A model generated the notes under the pieces. That model was given only the letters and a program-made list of their open reading frames with translations, had not been told where the DNA came from and did no database searches. Shown piece by piece: positions 29,557 to 40,050 of a stretch of 64,000 bases of DNA. Each line of letters starts with the position of its first letter. Position 1 is the stretch's first letter. This stretch comes from Rubripirellula sp. (GTDB taxonomy: Bacteria; Planctomycetota; Planctomycetia; Pirellulales; Pirellulaceae), in NCBI GenBank assembly GCA_041740415.1, contig JBGSLZ010000052.1, positions 2,789 to 66,788 of the forward strand, in the 5' to 3' direction. The translations under genes and the position numbers were made by a program.

Positions 29557-31266
29557 ATGCACTACCACGTTCTAGCCGCCGACTACGATGGAACTTTGGC
29601 GAGGGATGGCCTTGTCGGCGACTCGACCGTGGACGCACTGAGGCGAGTCCGCGATACGGGCCGCAAGTTGTTGTTGGTGACTGGCCGGCGCTTGGAACCG
29701 GTGCTTGACCTGTTCCCCGACGTGTCCCTATTCCATTCGATTGTGGCGGAGAACGGTGCATTACTTTTTTGTCCGAAGTCCGGCGAAGAAACTCTGTTGG
29801 CTGATCCGCCGCCACCGGATTTTGTTCATGCCCTCCGCGAACGTGGAGTCGATCGTATCGAAACAGGTCGCTGCATCGTCGCGACTTGGCAGCCCTATGA
29901 AGCGATTTGCTTAGAGCTGATTCGTGACTTCGCGGTTGACTTGCAAATCGTCTTCAATAAGGACGCGGTGATGCTGTTGCCCAGCGGCGTCAACAAGGCT
30001 TCTGGGCTATCAAGGGCGTTGCGTGATCTTGGCTACTCGCCTCGCAACACGATTGCCGTTGGCGACGCTGAAAACGACGAAGCGATGATGCGTTCTTGCA
30101 GCGTCTCAGTCGCTGTTGCCAACGCGCTGCCTCGCGTGAAGGATATGGCGACCCTCGTGATGGAGCATGCTCGCGGTCGAGGAGTCGAAGAACTGATTGA
30201 TAAGATCATTGAAAACGATTTGGCAGAGCTGATCGAACGACAGGATCGTCAATTAACGCTCGGGAGTCTACTCGATGGAAAGCCTTTCTCAGTTCCGGGT
30301 TACGGAGACAGCGTTCTTGTTACCGGCGGACCCGGTGGTGGGAAGAGCAGGTTTGCGATCAGTGCGATGGAAGCAATTTCGGCCCGTGGCGAACAGTGCT
30401 GCGTGATTGATCCTGAGGGCGACTACCAGGGGCTAGAGAATTCGATCGCATTGGGAACTGCCGACCGTGCGCCAGAGGTAGAAGAGGTGATTGGTGTTCT
30501 GGCGCAGCCCGATGATCACTGCATCGTCAGCTTCTTCGGTATCGAGAAACAAGACCGACCGGAATACTTCAATCGTCTTTTTCGTGCATTGTCAGAACTA
30601 CGCAGCCGAACGGGTCGACCACATTGGATCATCGTCGACGAGGCTCACTATGCCGCACCACGGGACTGGCAACCTGCAAAGATGTGGAGCGGCGATGAAC
30701 TGGCTGGAATCATGTTCATCACTGCCTATCACGATCAAATTTCGCCAGCCGTGCTTGAACATGTTGACTGGATCATTTCCATCGCCGACAAGCCAGAGGC
30801 AGCCATTGAGCAATGTTGTGAGATCATGGATGAACAGTTGCCAGAATTTCATCCACCCGAAGACCGACGCGTTCATCAGGCATTGGCTTGGAAACGTGGT
30901 GATGCCCGTCCAGTTTGGTTCAGTCGATTTGCTCCGCGATCAAACGCCCAACGCCACCAGCATAGTTACTACGAAGGCGAGATGGACGAAGACTTGCAGT
31001 TCGTTTTCCGAGGTCCAGAAAACAAATTGTCGTTAGCAATTGGCAATCTAAAAGACTTTGTAAAAACGGCGGCGGGCATTGATGACGAGACTTGGATGTT
31101 CCATTTGAAGCGTCACGATTATTCAAAGTGGTTTCGTGAGATTATCAAAGATGATGCGTTGACGCGTGAAATCGATGACGTTGAGCGAACCCAGGATTTA
31201 ACAGCCGACCAGAGTCGTGAACTGATCACCAAACACATTCACGACCGATTCAAGCCGCAATGGTAG
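29557..31266 (+). CDS. HAD-IIB hydrolase fused to a P-loop ATPase and a C-terminal DUF5752-like domain
   Basis: ADYDGT, VNKASG, VGDAEND; Walker A GGPGGGKS, Walker B IIVDEAH; HLKRHDYSKWF tail. Confidence 0.85.
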   Translation: MHYHVLAADYDGTLARDGLVGDSTVDALRRVRDTGRKLLLVTGRRLEPVLDLFPDVSLFHSIVAENGALLFCPKSGEETLLADPPPPDFVHALRERGVDRIETGRCIVATWQPYEAICLELIRDFAVDLQIVFNKDAVMLLPSGVNKASGLSRALRDLGYSPRNTIAVGDAENDEAMMRSCSVSVAVANALPRVKDMATLVMEHARGRGVEELIDKIIENDLAELIERQDRQLTLGSLLDGKPFSVPGYGDSVLVTGGPGGGKSRFAISAMEAISARGEQCCVIDPEGDYQGLENSIALGTADRAPEVEEVIGVLAQPDDHCIVSFFGIEKQDRPEYFNRLFRALSELRSRTGRPHWIIVDEAHYAAPRDWQPAKMWSGDELAGIMFITAYHDQISPAVLEHVDWIISIADKPEAAIEQCCEIMDEQLPEFHPPEDRRVHQALAWKRGDARPVWFSRFAPRSNAQRHQHSYYEGEMDEDLQFVFRGPENKLSLAIGNLKDFVKTAAGIDDETWMFHLKRHDYSKWFREIIKDDALTREIDDVERTQDLTADQSRELITKHIHDRFKPQW

Positions 31267-31292
31267 CGATCGAACTCGAAGGAGTGATTACG

Positions 31293-31628
31293 TTGAAAGT
31301 TTTTGCAACACTCAAACACGACTACAAATTGCTACGCGATGGCAATCCCGGCCGGCGCTTCCGTGACTACACGGATGAACGTCGACGGCGACGTTCGGGC
31401 AGCTTCAGCGTCGGACGAGTCGTGAGTTTCCTGGTCGGGATTTCGTTGATCGCGATCGGTCTTGGCATCGGATGGTTGCCTGGCCCTGGTGGTTTCCTGG
31501 CGATCGTCGGCTTGGCATTGATTGCGCAGGAGATTCCTTGGATCGCTACCGCTCTCGACGCCATCGAATTGCAAATACGACGAGTGATTCGGTCAACCAA
31601 ACGTCTGTTAGTCCATCCTCCGCAATAG
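31293..31628 (+). CDS. PGPGW domain membrane protein
   Basis: GWLPGPGGFL motif between TM segments; TTG start after GGAG. Confidence 0.8.
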   Translation: MKVFATLKHDYKLLRDGNPGRRFRDYTDERRRRRSGSFSVGRVVSFLVGISLIAIGLGIGWLPGPGGFLAIVGLALIAQEIPWIATALDAIELQIRRVIRSTKRLLVHPPQ

Positions 31629-31711
31629 CTCCATTTTCTCTAACGCTCATCGTCCAAAACCACATACGTCTAGTGCCGCGAGAACGAATTGAGGTTGTTT
31701 GGAACAGGACC

Positions 31712-31767
31712 AACCCGAAGCGTAAGCAAGGACATTTTTCTAGACTTCCTCGCTCACGCTTCGGGTT
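31712..31767. repeat. REP-like inverted doublet (family C)
   Basis: AACCCGAAGCGTAAGCAAGG and CCTCGCTCACGCTTCGGGTT. Confidence 0.8.
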
Positions 31768-31881
31768 AGTAAACAAGGTTAGCTCGTTCTCGCAGCGCTA
31801 GTAAAGAAGAACTTTTTGATATCAGAGCGATCGCCACAATCAACCAATCGATTCGCAGTAAAAGTGCCTTGGAGAATCAAC

Positions 31882-32187
31882 ATGCCTGGGTGGACTGACA
31901 AAGACGAGCGACAGTACGAGCACGTGAAAGACAGCATACTCGATCAAGGCAAACCAGAAGACCGTGCAAAAGAGATTGCCGCGCGGACGGTCAACAAACA
32001 ACGACGCGAAGAAGGTCGCACTCCCAACAAAACCACGCAGGGAATCGGAAATCCCAACACTTCGCTGAACGATCGGACGGTCGACGAACTTCGCAACATC
32101 GCTTCGGATATGAAGATCAAAGGCCGAAGCAAGATGAAGAAAGCGGAACTGGTTGAAGCCATTCGAAACCATCGGAAACCTCGATGA
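31882..32187 (+). CDS. Small basic protein with a C-terminal Rho-N-like domain
   Basis: ERQYEHVKDS...AKEIAARTVNK; TVDELRNIA..MKIKGRSKMKKAELVEAI; GGAGA RBS. Confidence 0.8.
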   Translation: MPGWTDKDERQYEHVKDSILDQGKPEDRAKEIAARTVNKQRREEGRTPNKTTQGIGNPNTSLNDRTVDELRNIASDMKIKGRSKMKKAELVEAIRNHRKPR

Positions 32188-32250
32188 CCACACATGCATT
32201 AGAGTAGATCGCGAGCAACGAACCGCACCCCAAGCATTAAAAGAGAAGCT

Positions 32251-33072
32251 ATGACAATGATTCCGACCCGAGATGGACACGCTTTGTACTGCAAAGTTTG
32301 GGGCAGTGGCCGTCCGGTGGTCTTGCTTCACGGTTGGCCACTATCTGCTGATAGTTGGGACTTTCACGCGATGATAATTGCCGATGCGGGATTCAAAGTG
32401 GTTGCCTACGACCGGCGAGGTTTTGGACGATCCGATCAGCCGTTTGGGCAATATGACTACGATTCCTTATCGGACGACCTGAGCGACGTGATGGCGGCCA
32501 CTCAGTGCAAGGATGCGTCGCTCATTGGCTTTTCCATGGGCGGCGGTGAAGTCGTTCGCTACATGTCGCGGCACGCGGGACGTCAAGTCAAGCAGTGTGG
32601 ACTGATCTCGTCGGTCGTACCCTACATGTTGAAGACGGACGACAATCCCCATGGCGTAGATCAAGCGGTGTTTGATACGATGACCGAGGCGATGCTTGAC
32701 GACAGAGCGGCTTTCTTCGCCGACTTCTTCGAAGACTTCTACGGTGTGGGCGTTCTCTCAAAGCCAGTGAGCGATGAGTATTTGCAGTGGACGCGAAGTG
32801 TTGCGACGCAGGCCAGCCTGAAGGCAACACTGGCCTGCGCCAAGTCTTTCGCAACGACTGACTTTCGTCCCGATCTCGCGGCGGTAACGGTTCCTACGTC
32901 GATCATTCACGGCACGCAGGACCAGACGGTTCCCATCGACGCCAGTGGCCGACCTGCCGCAAAGGGAATCGCTTCTGCGGTGCTGAAGGAGTACGAAGGA
33001 GCGCCTCACGGATTGTTTGCCACTCACAAGGACGAACTTGCCGCCGATCTACTAAAGTTTTTAATGCAGTAG
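32251..33072 (+). CDS. Alpha/beta hydrolase (non-heme haloperoxidase/arylesterase type)
   Basis: HGWP, YDRRGFG, GFSMG, HGTQDQTVP, APHG. Confidence 0.9.
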   Translation: MTMIPTRDGHALYCKVWGSGRPVVLLHGWPLSADSWDFHAMIIADAGFKVVAYDRRGFGRSDQPFGQYDYDSLSDDLSDVMAATQCKDASLIGFSMGGGEVVRYMSRHAGRQVKQCGLISSVVPYMLKTDDNPHGVDQAVFDTMTEAMLDDRAAFFADFFEDFYGVGVLSKPVSDEYLQWTRSVATQASLKATLACAKSFATTDFRPDLAAVTVPTSIIHGTQDQTVPIDASGRPAAKGIASAVLKEYEGAPHGLFATHKDELAADLLKFLMQ

Positions 33073-33197
33073 CGTTAAGGGATGTCGTGGCAATCTTTCC
33101 CAGACCCGCATTCACTTGGCGAATGGCTGGCGACGGCGAAACGAGTCGGTATTGTAGGTTCTTCAGACGCGACGAGCATTCACTCGGAGGATCGATC

Positions 33198-34274
33198 ATG
33201 GTCAGAAACGCGAGACATCGATTTGCTTGGTGGTTGATGATTTCGACCGTCGCGATTTTACTTTCGACTGCCTTGATACCATTGATCCCCGCCGATAAGT
33301 GGTGGATTCGAATTGGCGACTTTCCTCGCTTGCAGTTATTGATTGCATACTTGGTCGCTCTTCCGTTGCTGTGGTTCTTCCGCCGTCAAAAAGGGGTTCG
33401 CATTGCTGCGGCGGCTCTCGTCGTCTCCTGCCTCATCCAGTTCTATTGGATTCGGTCCTATTTGCCACTGGCAACTCCGCAAGTGGAAGCATCGAGTAGC
33501 AACGCACCCGACAAACAACTGCGAGTCATGTCAGCGAATGTGCTGGAGACGAACACGAATGCATCAGCGTTACTGCAACTCGTCGCCGAGCAAAAGCCAG
33601 ACCTACTTGTGCTGTGCGAAGTCAATCACCGCTGGGCCGAAGACACTGAGTCGTTGAAGGACGAGTTCAAGTCGCACTTCGTTCACCCACAAGAAAATGG
33701 TTACGGCATCGCCCTGTACAGCCAACTCGACATGACGCGTTGCGAATTGCGGACGATGATTCGCGAATCCGTACCGTCGATTGATGCCGACATCATCATG
33801 CGAAACGGACAAAAAGTTCGCGTGTTCGCGGTTCACCCCAAGCCGCCACGACCGGGAACCGATACGACCGGACGAGATGCGGAACTAATCTTGGTCGGGC
33901 GTGAGGTGCGCGACGATCCCAGTGTCATTGTGCTGGGCGATTTAAACGATGTTGGTTGGTCGCGAACGAGCAACTTGTTCCGTGAAATGAGCCAACTGCT
34001 GGACCCGCGTATCGGACGTGGTTTCTATGCCACGTTCGACGCGACGTCATGGTTCATGCGATACCCACTCGATTATGTTTTTCACAGCGACGACTTTCGC
34101 GTTGCTGAAATGAAAGTGTTGCCATCGATTGGATCGGACCACTTCCCGCTCTGGATTCAACTCAGTCATGAGCCCGGGGCGGTAGATTCGAAATCGGCAC
34201 CTGACCTTGATTCTGGTGATCGCGAAGACGCGGAGGATGCGATTGAAGCAGCGAAAAATAAGTCGCAAACATGA
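33198..34274 (+). CDS. Membrane-anchored endonuclease/exonuclease/phosphatase family protein
   Basis: Three N-terminal TMs; ANV, LCE, VHP, GDLND, PLDY, SDH; GGAGG RBS. Confidence 0.85.
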   Translation: MVRNARHRFAWWLMISTVAILLSTALIPLIPADKWWIRIGDFPRLQLLIAYLVALPLLWFFRRQKGVRIAAAALVVSCLIQFYWIRSYLPLATPQVEASSSNAPDKQLRVMSANVLETNTNASALLQLVAEQKPDLLVLCEVNHRWAEDTESLKDEFKSHFVHPQENGYGIALYSQLDMTRCELRTMIRESVPSIDADIIMRNGQKVRVFAVHPKPPRPGTDTTGRDAELILVGREVRDDPSVIVLGDLNDVGWSRTSNLFREMSQLLDPRIGRGFYATFDATSWFMRYPLDYVFHSDDFRVAEMKVLPSIGSDHFPLWIQLSHEPGAVDSKSAPDLDSGDREDAEDAIEAAKNKSQT

Positions 34275-34328
34275 TGCCGCTGGGATGCAAGGCGGAAATG
34301 CGTCAGAAACTTATTCATCCGATTGCAC

Positions 34329-34978
34329 TCATCCGTCGGCGGTAAGTTCAAGGTTGGCGTTGGACTTGATTCGCACTGATTGGCTACGTCCGGCCATCGA
34401 AACGTCGGTTGGGATACAGCGCGTCATTTTCAAGATCATGCGTGGCTGCAACTCCGCTTCATCACGCTGGTCATGTGAACGGACAACGACAGTCTTGGTT
34501 TCGCCGGACGTATTCGTCAGCTTCAATTGATACGCGGCCGACTTCGGACGTCCGAACATTTGAACCGCGTAGTAGGTGACGTCATCGGTGGTCGCGACAA
34601 CTACACCCGTGTGAGTAATGAATTCGGCAAGCATGCTCTCACGGTGCGGCGGCGAGTCAATCCCGCCCTGCACGAAGACATCGATCAAACTTTCTGCGGT
34701 CACTTCCCCGCTGTTGGTTCGATACGCAATATTCTCGCGAATGACGCAGTACCGTACTTGCCAGTCTCCGCCATGAACTTCGCAAACTGCTTGGCTGCTT
34801 GCATCAGGTGATCGTCGCGCTGGACCGCGGGCAGCTCACGCGACTTACGGAAGTCGTTGGTTTGCTCGAAGATCGAACGCTGAACTTCTGCAATCATGTC
34901 CGACGAAACTTTTTTTGAATCTTGTGCATGGGCGAGCGACATCGTCGCGACGGCCAGGAGTGCAGTGATCGGTGTCAT
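34329..34978 (-). pseudogene. Secreted CAP (SCP) domain protein with an internal frameshifting deletion
   Basis: TNDFR...AAKQFAKFMA.TGKYG joins out of frame at about 34752 to YCVIRENIAY...DSPPHRESM...YAVQMFG. Confidence 0.85.
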
Positions 34979-35047
34979 AGATATAATGCGATTTATTATC
35001 GATTTATGTCTCCAGTTGGTCAGGCGTTCGGCCGAAGGGGCCATCCG

Positions 35048-35380
35048 CTATTCTGGCAAGTTTTCGCTGCTGACTTCCGATTCGATCACAGTCGACTCGC
35101 CGAGTTCGTCCAATTTGTCGGTTAGGTTTTCTTTGGCGTCAGCGATGATGTTGCCTGCTTCTCGTTTCGCTTCCTGAATCCCTTCCCTCGACTTTTGTCG
35201 AGCATCGGCGACGATCTCCACCGCCTCCTCCTCCGAGTCGGCGATCACTTCAGCCGCCTGTTCACGTGCGACTTCGAGGTTTTCCTGAGCCCGTTCGGCT
35301 TCTTCCCGAAGTGTTGTCGGTTCGTTCTGACAACCCCAGATACAGAGGCAAAATAGGATGATGACGATTGATGTTTTCAT
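35048..35380 (-). CDS. Small coiled-coil lipoprotein
   Basis: Lipobox-like CIWG-C; A/E-rich amphipathic repeats. Confidence 0.75.
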   Translation of the reverse strand: MKTSIVIILFCLCIWGCQNEPTTLREEAERAQENLEVAREQAAEVIADSEEEAVEIVADARQKSREGIQEAKREAGNIIADAKENLTDKLDELGESTVIESEVSSENLPE

Positions 35381-35412
35381 GATTGGATTCTTCGAGTTCG
35401 GATTGACGACAG

Positions 35413-36525
35413 CTAATCACTCGTGACTTGACCAGACTGATCATCTCCTAACCGGTCTTGGACGTAAAGCATCTGCACCAGCACCATTACGACGACCACC
35501 AAAGGCGCGGCCATCATCACGCCGATGATTCCAACGAGAACGCCCATCACGAGCTGCGCGGCGATCGTCAATATCGGAGGCAATGAAACTTCGTGCCGCT
35601 GAACCAGCGGTGTAATCAGATAACTTTCGACGGTCTGCAAGATGACGTTGAATAGCAGTACATACACGAGCGTCTGTGTACCGCCGTTGACGGCCAATAG
35701 CATCTGCGGCACCGCCGCCAATAGCGGTCCAAAATTGGGTATGAACGTCAGCAAAGCGGCTATGACACCGAGCGACATTGGCAGTGGAATTTCCAGTAGC
35801 CACATCGCGGTGCCTGTCGCGATTCCCACAATCGCCATTGAAAAAAACCGTCCGACGAGCCAGCGACCAAGTGCCGATCTCAGTTCGTTCAAAACTTCCT
35901 TCGCACGCTCACGTCGCTCGATTGGCATTAGCTTGATCAAACCATTTCGGTAAAGATCGGGTTCATAGGCGGCATACAGCCCAACAAAAAAGATCACCAA
36001 CGCTGCGGTCGCACCCCAGCCAAACCACTGCAAGCCTTGATACATCTCCGGCAAAATCGCGCTGCTTGAATCCGCTACCTTCTCTTGCATCTCTGCAACA
36101 CTGGGCATCAACTCACTGGTCCAGTTGTTCTGTGCCAGTCGTTCGTCCGCCGTTTGAATTGCCGATTGCAGTTGCTTCCATAACTCGTCGGTACGCCGAG
36201 CGACCTGCGAGCCCAGATAAAAACAACCAACACCGATCGAGAGCAACATCAGCGTCACGACGGCCAAAAAACTAGTACGATAGGACAGCGGAGTGATTCT
36301 GGCCGGCAAAGCGCTCATCGCATTTACGAATACGCCAAACAGGAGTCCAGCAAAGACGAGCAGCAAGACGCTCAATGTTGGTGTAAACAGGCCCGCCGTC
36401 GCGAGGACCAGAGCTGCCAACAGCGTGGCGAAAATGAGAACTTGCAAGTTCCTTCTCGATGCTCGAATCATCACAGTCTTAGATCCAGCACTGTTCGCGG
36501 CCAAATTGAATACCTCCTCCATCAC
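35413..36525 (-). CDS. AI-2E family transporter
   Basis: Multi-TM; FIPNFGP, VESYLITP, GVMMAAP. Confidence 0.9.
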   Translation of the reverse strand: MMEEVFNLAANSAGSKTVMIRASRRNLQVLIFATLLAALVLATAGLFTPTLSVLLLVFAGLLFGVFVNAMSALPARITPLSYRTSFLAVVTLMLLSIGVGCFYLGSQVARRTDELWKQLQSAIQTADERLAQNNWTSELMPSVAEMQEKVADSSSAILPEMYQGLQWFGWGATAALVIFFVGLYAAYEPDLYRNGLIKLMPIERRERAKEVLNELRSALGRWLVGRFFSMAIVGIATGTAMWLLEIPLPMSLGVIAALLTFIPNFGPLLAAVPQMLLAVNGGTQTLVYVLLFNVILQTVESYLITPLVQRHEVSLPPILTIAAQLVMGVLVGIIGVMMAAPLVVVVMVLVQMLYVQDRLGDDQSGQVTSD

Positions 36526-36632
36526 ACCTGCGTGAGCGAGAATGGAGAGAAGTTAGGAGAACGGTCGGTCGAAAGATGAAGTCCTTTGAGTCCGATCCAA
36601 TTTTCCTAACTCTAACCAAACCCGAGATCGGA

Positions 36633-37871
36633 TTACCACCACACGCCGAAGTTGCCGATTCGGACTCCGCCCTGACCGTAGCCGCTTCCGTACCCGTAAT
36701 TGTGTCCGAAGTTTCCGTAGTAAGATCGTCCGCCATTACGATAGTAGGAGTTTCCATAACCAGGACTACGGTACAGCGGCGAGCGATACCCGGAGCGGTA
36801 ACGGTTCCGCCAATCGTTGTTGTAGTTGCTGTTGTAGTTGTTGTTCCAACTGCCACCACGATTCCAGTTGTTGCTATTCCAGCGATCAGTGACCAATGTG
36901 ATCGCACCGTCAGTGGATGCGTCGGACCTTGATACATCGTCTTCGTCGGCTGGCTTCGGCTGCTCCGCACTGCCGTTTTTCAACTCGCGAACTTCGTTGC
37001 TGAGTTCGCGAATCTGTTGTCGCATTTCGTCGATTGTTTCATCCAGGATTTCCATCGGGTTGCCTGAATCTCCGCGCGAACTCATGTCCTGATCGCCCAT
37101 CGAAGGGCGCTGAACGCGTTGGAATCGCATCGGCGCTTCACTTTTGTCACCTAGGGTCACGGGAATTTGTTGGTCTTTTCCATTACGTTGCACAGTCAAC
37201 TGCATTTTGGAACCCGGCCCCAAGTCCCCGACGCTTTCGATGAACGACTGCACGTCGGTCACCTGTTTAGCGCCTTGCTTGATGATCGTATCACCGCCGC
37301 GCAATCCGGCTTCCGCAGCAGGGCTATCTCGCATCACTTGTTCAATCAGAACGCCAACGCCTTCTTGCGTCGGTGATAGCATCACACCCAGCCATGCACG
37401 CTGACTGACAGGCAATTCCTCCGACATCGAGGCCGGCATGACTTGCATTTTTGACTCGGTCCCGTGACGCCAAACAGTCAATGTGACTTCTTTGCCAGCA
37501 TCCGACGCTTCGATCGCTTGCTTCAATTCTTTCGGCGAGGACACTTTTTTGTCGTCAACTGACAGAATGTAATCTCCTTGGCGCAATCCGGCTTCATCGG
37601 CGGGACTGCCCCAAATCGTATCCAACACGCAGACCGCATCGCCGGGACAGGAACCCACCACGACACCGAGCGCAGGCGATTCATCTTCCGCGTGTTCATC
37701 CATCACCGTGGTTGATTTGGCATCAGTTGATTCTGAGTGGTTGGCGTCGGATCGAGGTTTGTGCGGTTCATCGCTCCAAACCATTTGGTTTGCGGAAATG
37801 GCAAACATTCCGCAGGCAGCGAGCACAACTCTCCACGGTTTGAGGCGTTGATTGAGATCATTGATTGACAT
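36633..37871 (-). CDS. Secreted two-PDZ protein with no protease domain, with a coiled coil and a G/Y/N/R low-complexity tail
   Basis: ALGV..GSPADEAGLRQGD; WLGV..DSPAAEAGLRGGD; tail WNSNNWNRGG...GYGQGGVRIGNFGVWW. Confidence 0.85.
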   Translation of the reverse strand: MSINDLNQRLKPWRVVLAACGMFAISANQMVWSDEPHKPRSDANHSESTDAKSTTVMDEHAEDESPALGVVVGSCPGDAVCVLDTIWGSPADEAGLRQGDYILSVDDKKVSSPKELKQAIEASDAGKEVTLTVWRHGTESKMQVMPASMSEELPVSQRAWLGVMLSPTQEGVGVLIEQVMRDSPAAEAGLRGGDTIIKQGAKQVTDVQSFIESVGDLGPGSKMQLTVQRNGKDQQIPVTLGDKSEAPMRFQRVQRPSMGDQDMSSRGDSGNPMEILDETIDEMRQQIRELSNEVRELKNGSAEQPKPADEDDVSRSDASTDGAITLVTDRWNSNNWNRGGSWNNNYNSNYNNDWRNRYRSGYRSPLYRSPGYGNSYYRNGGRSYYGNFGHNYGYGSGYGQGGVRIGNFGVWW

Positions 37872-37961
37872 ACGAGAAACTCCGTCATTCGTTTGATGGT
37901 GCACGAACGCCAATCAGCAACATTACCGATACGAATGCGATCGTGCTACGGATGATGGACC

Positions 37962-37975
37962 GCAAAATGCGCGCC
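37962..37975 (-). promoter_or_regulatory. Sigma-54 -24/-12 motif, PDZ operon
   Basis: GGCGCGCATTTTGC, about 90 bp upstream of 37871. Confidence 0.7.
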
Positions 37976-38061
37976 CTCTGCGATGAATAAACTCGCATTG
38001 TTGCATTGGGACTTCTTTTATACGACGAATCAGCTTGTACGTGTTGCTAAGCGACTGATCC

Positions 38062-38075
38062 GGCATGGCGATTGC
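38062..38075 (+). promoter_or_regulatory. Sigma-54 -24/-12 motif, 38173 gene
   Basis: GGCATGGCGATTGC, about 98 bp upstream. Confidence 0.72.
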
Positions 38076-38172
38076 GGCGCTCTCGCTGACACATTGGTCA
38101 CGTCGATTTGATCGCAGAGCTTTCGATGATGGCCTTCAAGCAACAACTCTGCATCGATTGAGGAACATATCC

Positions 38173-39255
38173 ATGACTATTCGGTTGACTCTCAGGGCCC
38201 TCGCTTTCACGGCGATTGGCTATTCACTCTCCATGTCCGCTCATGCCCAGGAGTTTGGCGGCAACAACGCCTATTACGAAGACGACGCATGGTACGACGT
38301 GACGGAGTGGTTTGACGGCAACGATTACAACCCCACCGACGAAGCGATCGGGCGATGGGATAATGAGACGTTTGAGTTCGCCGACAACGCCACCAGCGAT
38401 GATGCGGACAACGATTGGGAAACCAACTGGGGCGAGTATCGCTACAACAATCAAACCGCCGATTCGGATCGCTGGTTCTACGACTACTACGACGATGGCT
38501 ACGGCCATTGGGGCGACTATCGCGGCTGGAACAGCTACTCGCTCTACAACGACGCCAATAACGATGGTCTGTACGACAGCTACTCCTTTTACCGCGACAG
38601 CGATGGCGATGGTCTGTATGACGACTATACCTACTACAATTTCGATTCCAACAAAGCCGACGCGAGCGACAGCAAATCGCAGGTGGCTGCACAGGATCGT
38701 CAAAAATCGATGAAATCGGGCAGTGAGCAAGTGAGCGGTACGGTGGAGAAGACGAAGATGGCGAACGTTCGCGATCGTGTTCACTTGATCGCGACTGTGA
38801 AAGCCACGGACGGCAAGATGGTGACAATTGACCTCGGCCCCAAGCAGTCGTCGACTCAGTTGTTCAAGGGCGACCAGTTGTCCGCTACAGGACATCGTGT
38901 CAAAGTCGGTGATAAAGAACTGCTGGTTGCGACCAGTGCCAAGTCCAAGGACGCGGACGTCACGATCGATCGCAATGGACGCAAGTATCAGGGTACTGTC
39001 GAGAGCACCCGCGAAATTTCACTGCGTGGACAGAAGCATCTGTTGGCGAAGGTGAAGACGCAAGAAGGCAAGTCGATGATGGTCGATATGGGACCAGCGA
39101 GTCAACTTTCCAGTCAGCCCAAGGATGGATCGAAGATCACGGTTCAAGGCGTGCCGGTCAAGATCAAGGATCGCGTTGTGCTGATGGCACGCTCGGTCGA
39201 ACAAGACGGAAAGACGATGGACATCCAGCGAGCGATGGAAAAATCGAAGGGCTAG
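38173..39255 (+). CDS. Secreted protein with a D/Y/W-rich region and two OB-fold-like C-terminal repeats
   Basis: Signal peptide SAHA-Q; DANNDGLYD and DSDGDGLYD loops; duplicated G.VE..K...R..HL.A.V.T.DGK...DLGP units. Confidence 0.8.
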   Translation: MTIRLTLRALAFTAIGYSLSMSAHAQEFGGNNAYYEDDAWYDVTEWFDGNDYNPTDEAIGRWDNETFEFADNATSDDADNDWETNWGEYRYNNQTADSDRWFYDYYDDGYGHWGDYRGWNSYSLYNDANNDGLYDSYSFYRDSDGDGLYDDYTYYNFDSNKADASDSKSQVAAQDRQKSMKSGSEQVSGTVEKTKMANVRDRVHLIATVKATDGKMVTIDLGPKQSSTQLFKGDQLSATGHRVKVGDKELLVATSAKSKDADVTIDRNGRKYQGTVESTREISLRGQKHLLAKVKTQEGKSMMVDMGPASQLSSQPKDGSKITVQGVPVKIKDRVVLMARSVEQDGKTMDIQRAMEKSKG

Positions 39256-39276
39256 ACCGCTGTCGCAAGTGGATGT

Positions 39277-39310
39277 GGCGTGAGCGTGCCGTTTGAAACA
39301 CGCTCACGCC
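39277..39310. terminator. 12-bp hairpin between convergent genes
   Basis: GGCGTGAGCGTG-ccgtttgaaa-CACGCTCACGCC. Confidence 0.7.
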
Positions 39311-39324
39311 TGGGGCCGATGCCG

Positions 39325-39942
39325 TTATTGACCGTCATGGCGGCTTGGGTGCTTGCGTTGCTTCACTAATCGCAAGACCCACCACGCAAACATCGCGATT
39401 ACCACCGCGGTGCTAACCCATCCCAGCGGCCCGGCGAGATCGGCGTATTTGTCACCGAGCCAGTATCCGATCCCTGCCAACAGTGTTGTCCACATCACTG
39501 TCCCGATCGCGGTGAACGTGCAGAACTCTCCCACAGGCATCACTGCAAAACCGGCGGGCACGCTGATCAGCGTTCGCAGGCCGGGGATCATGCGGCAGAC
39601 TAACACCGCGACCGATCCTCGCCGCTCGAACCATTCATCGACGCGATCGAGGTCGTTAGGAGTGATCGTCAACCAAGCGCCGTGCCCTTCGATCCAGCTT
39701 GACAATCGTTCCTTGCCGACCCGACGACCGACGAAGTACCAGAACAAAGCTCCGGCAAACGAACCCGCGCTGCCAGCGGTGACGACCGCCAGAAACGATG
39801 CATCCCCTTGGCTGACCGCGTAACCCGCCCAGGGCATCACAATCTCCGACGGGATCGGTGGAAAGATGTTCTCAATCAACATCAAACCACCAACGCCAAT
39901 CGCCCCGAATTGTTCAAGAAAGTTTTTGATCCATTGGTCCAT
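39325..39942 (-). CDS. dedA: DedA family membrane protein
   Basis: ENIFPPIPSE, YFVGR, CRMIPGLRTLISVPAG. Confidence 0.92.
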   Translation of the reverse strand: MDQWIKNFLEQFGAIGVGGLMLIENIFPPIPSEIVMPWAGYAVSQGDASFLAVVTAGSAGSFAGALFWYFVGRRVGKERLSSWIEGHGAWLTITPNDLDRVDEWFERRGSVAVLVCRMIPGLRTLISVPAGFAVMPVGEFCTFTAIGTVMWTTLLAGIGYWLGDKYADLAGPLGWVSTAVVIAMFAWWVLRLVKQRKHPSRHDGQ

Positions 39943-40050
39943 CGTGTGGGTCTTCGGTGAAAGGATTAGACAACTGGAGTGTAGCCTTCAGGCGATTTTT
40001 AACGCTGACTGGATCGGCTCAAGCCTGGACTCCAATGCTTCTGCCGCGAT

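Noticed and set aside
31855-31868. GG-N10-GC motif GGCACTTTTACTGC on the minus strand
   Set aside because: Points away from the local plus-strand genes and abuts an RBS; not counted.
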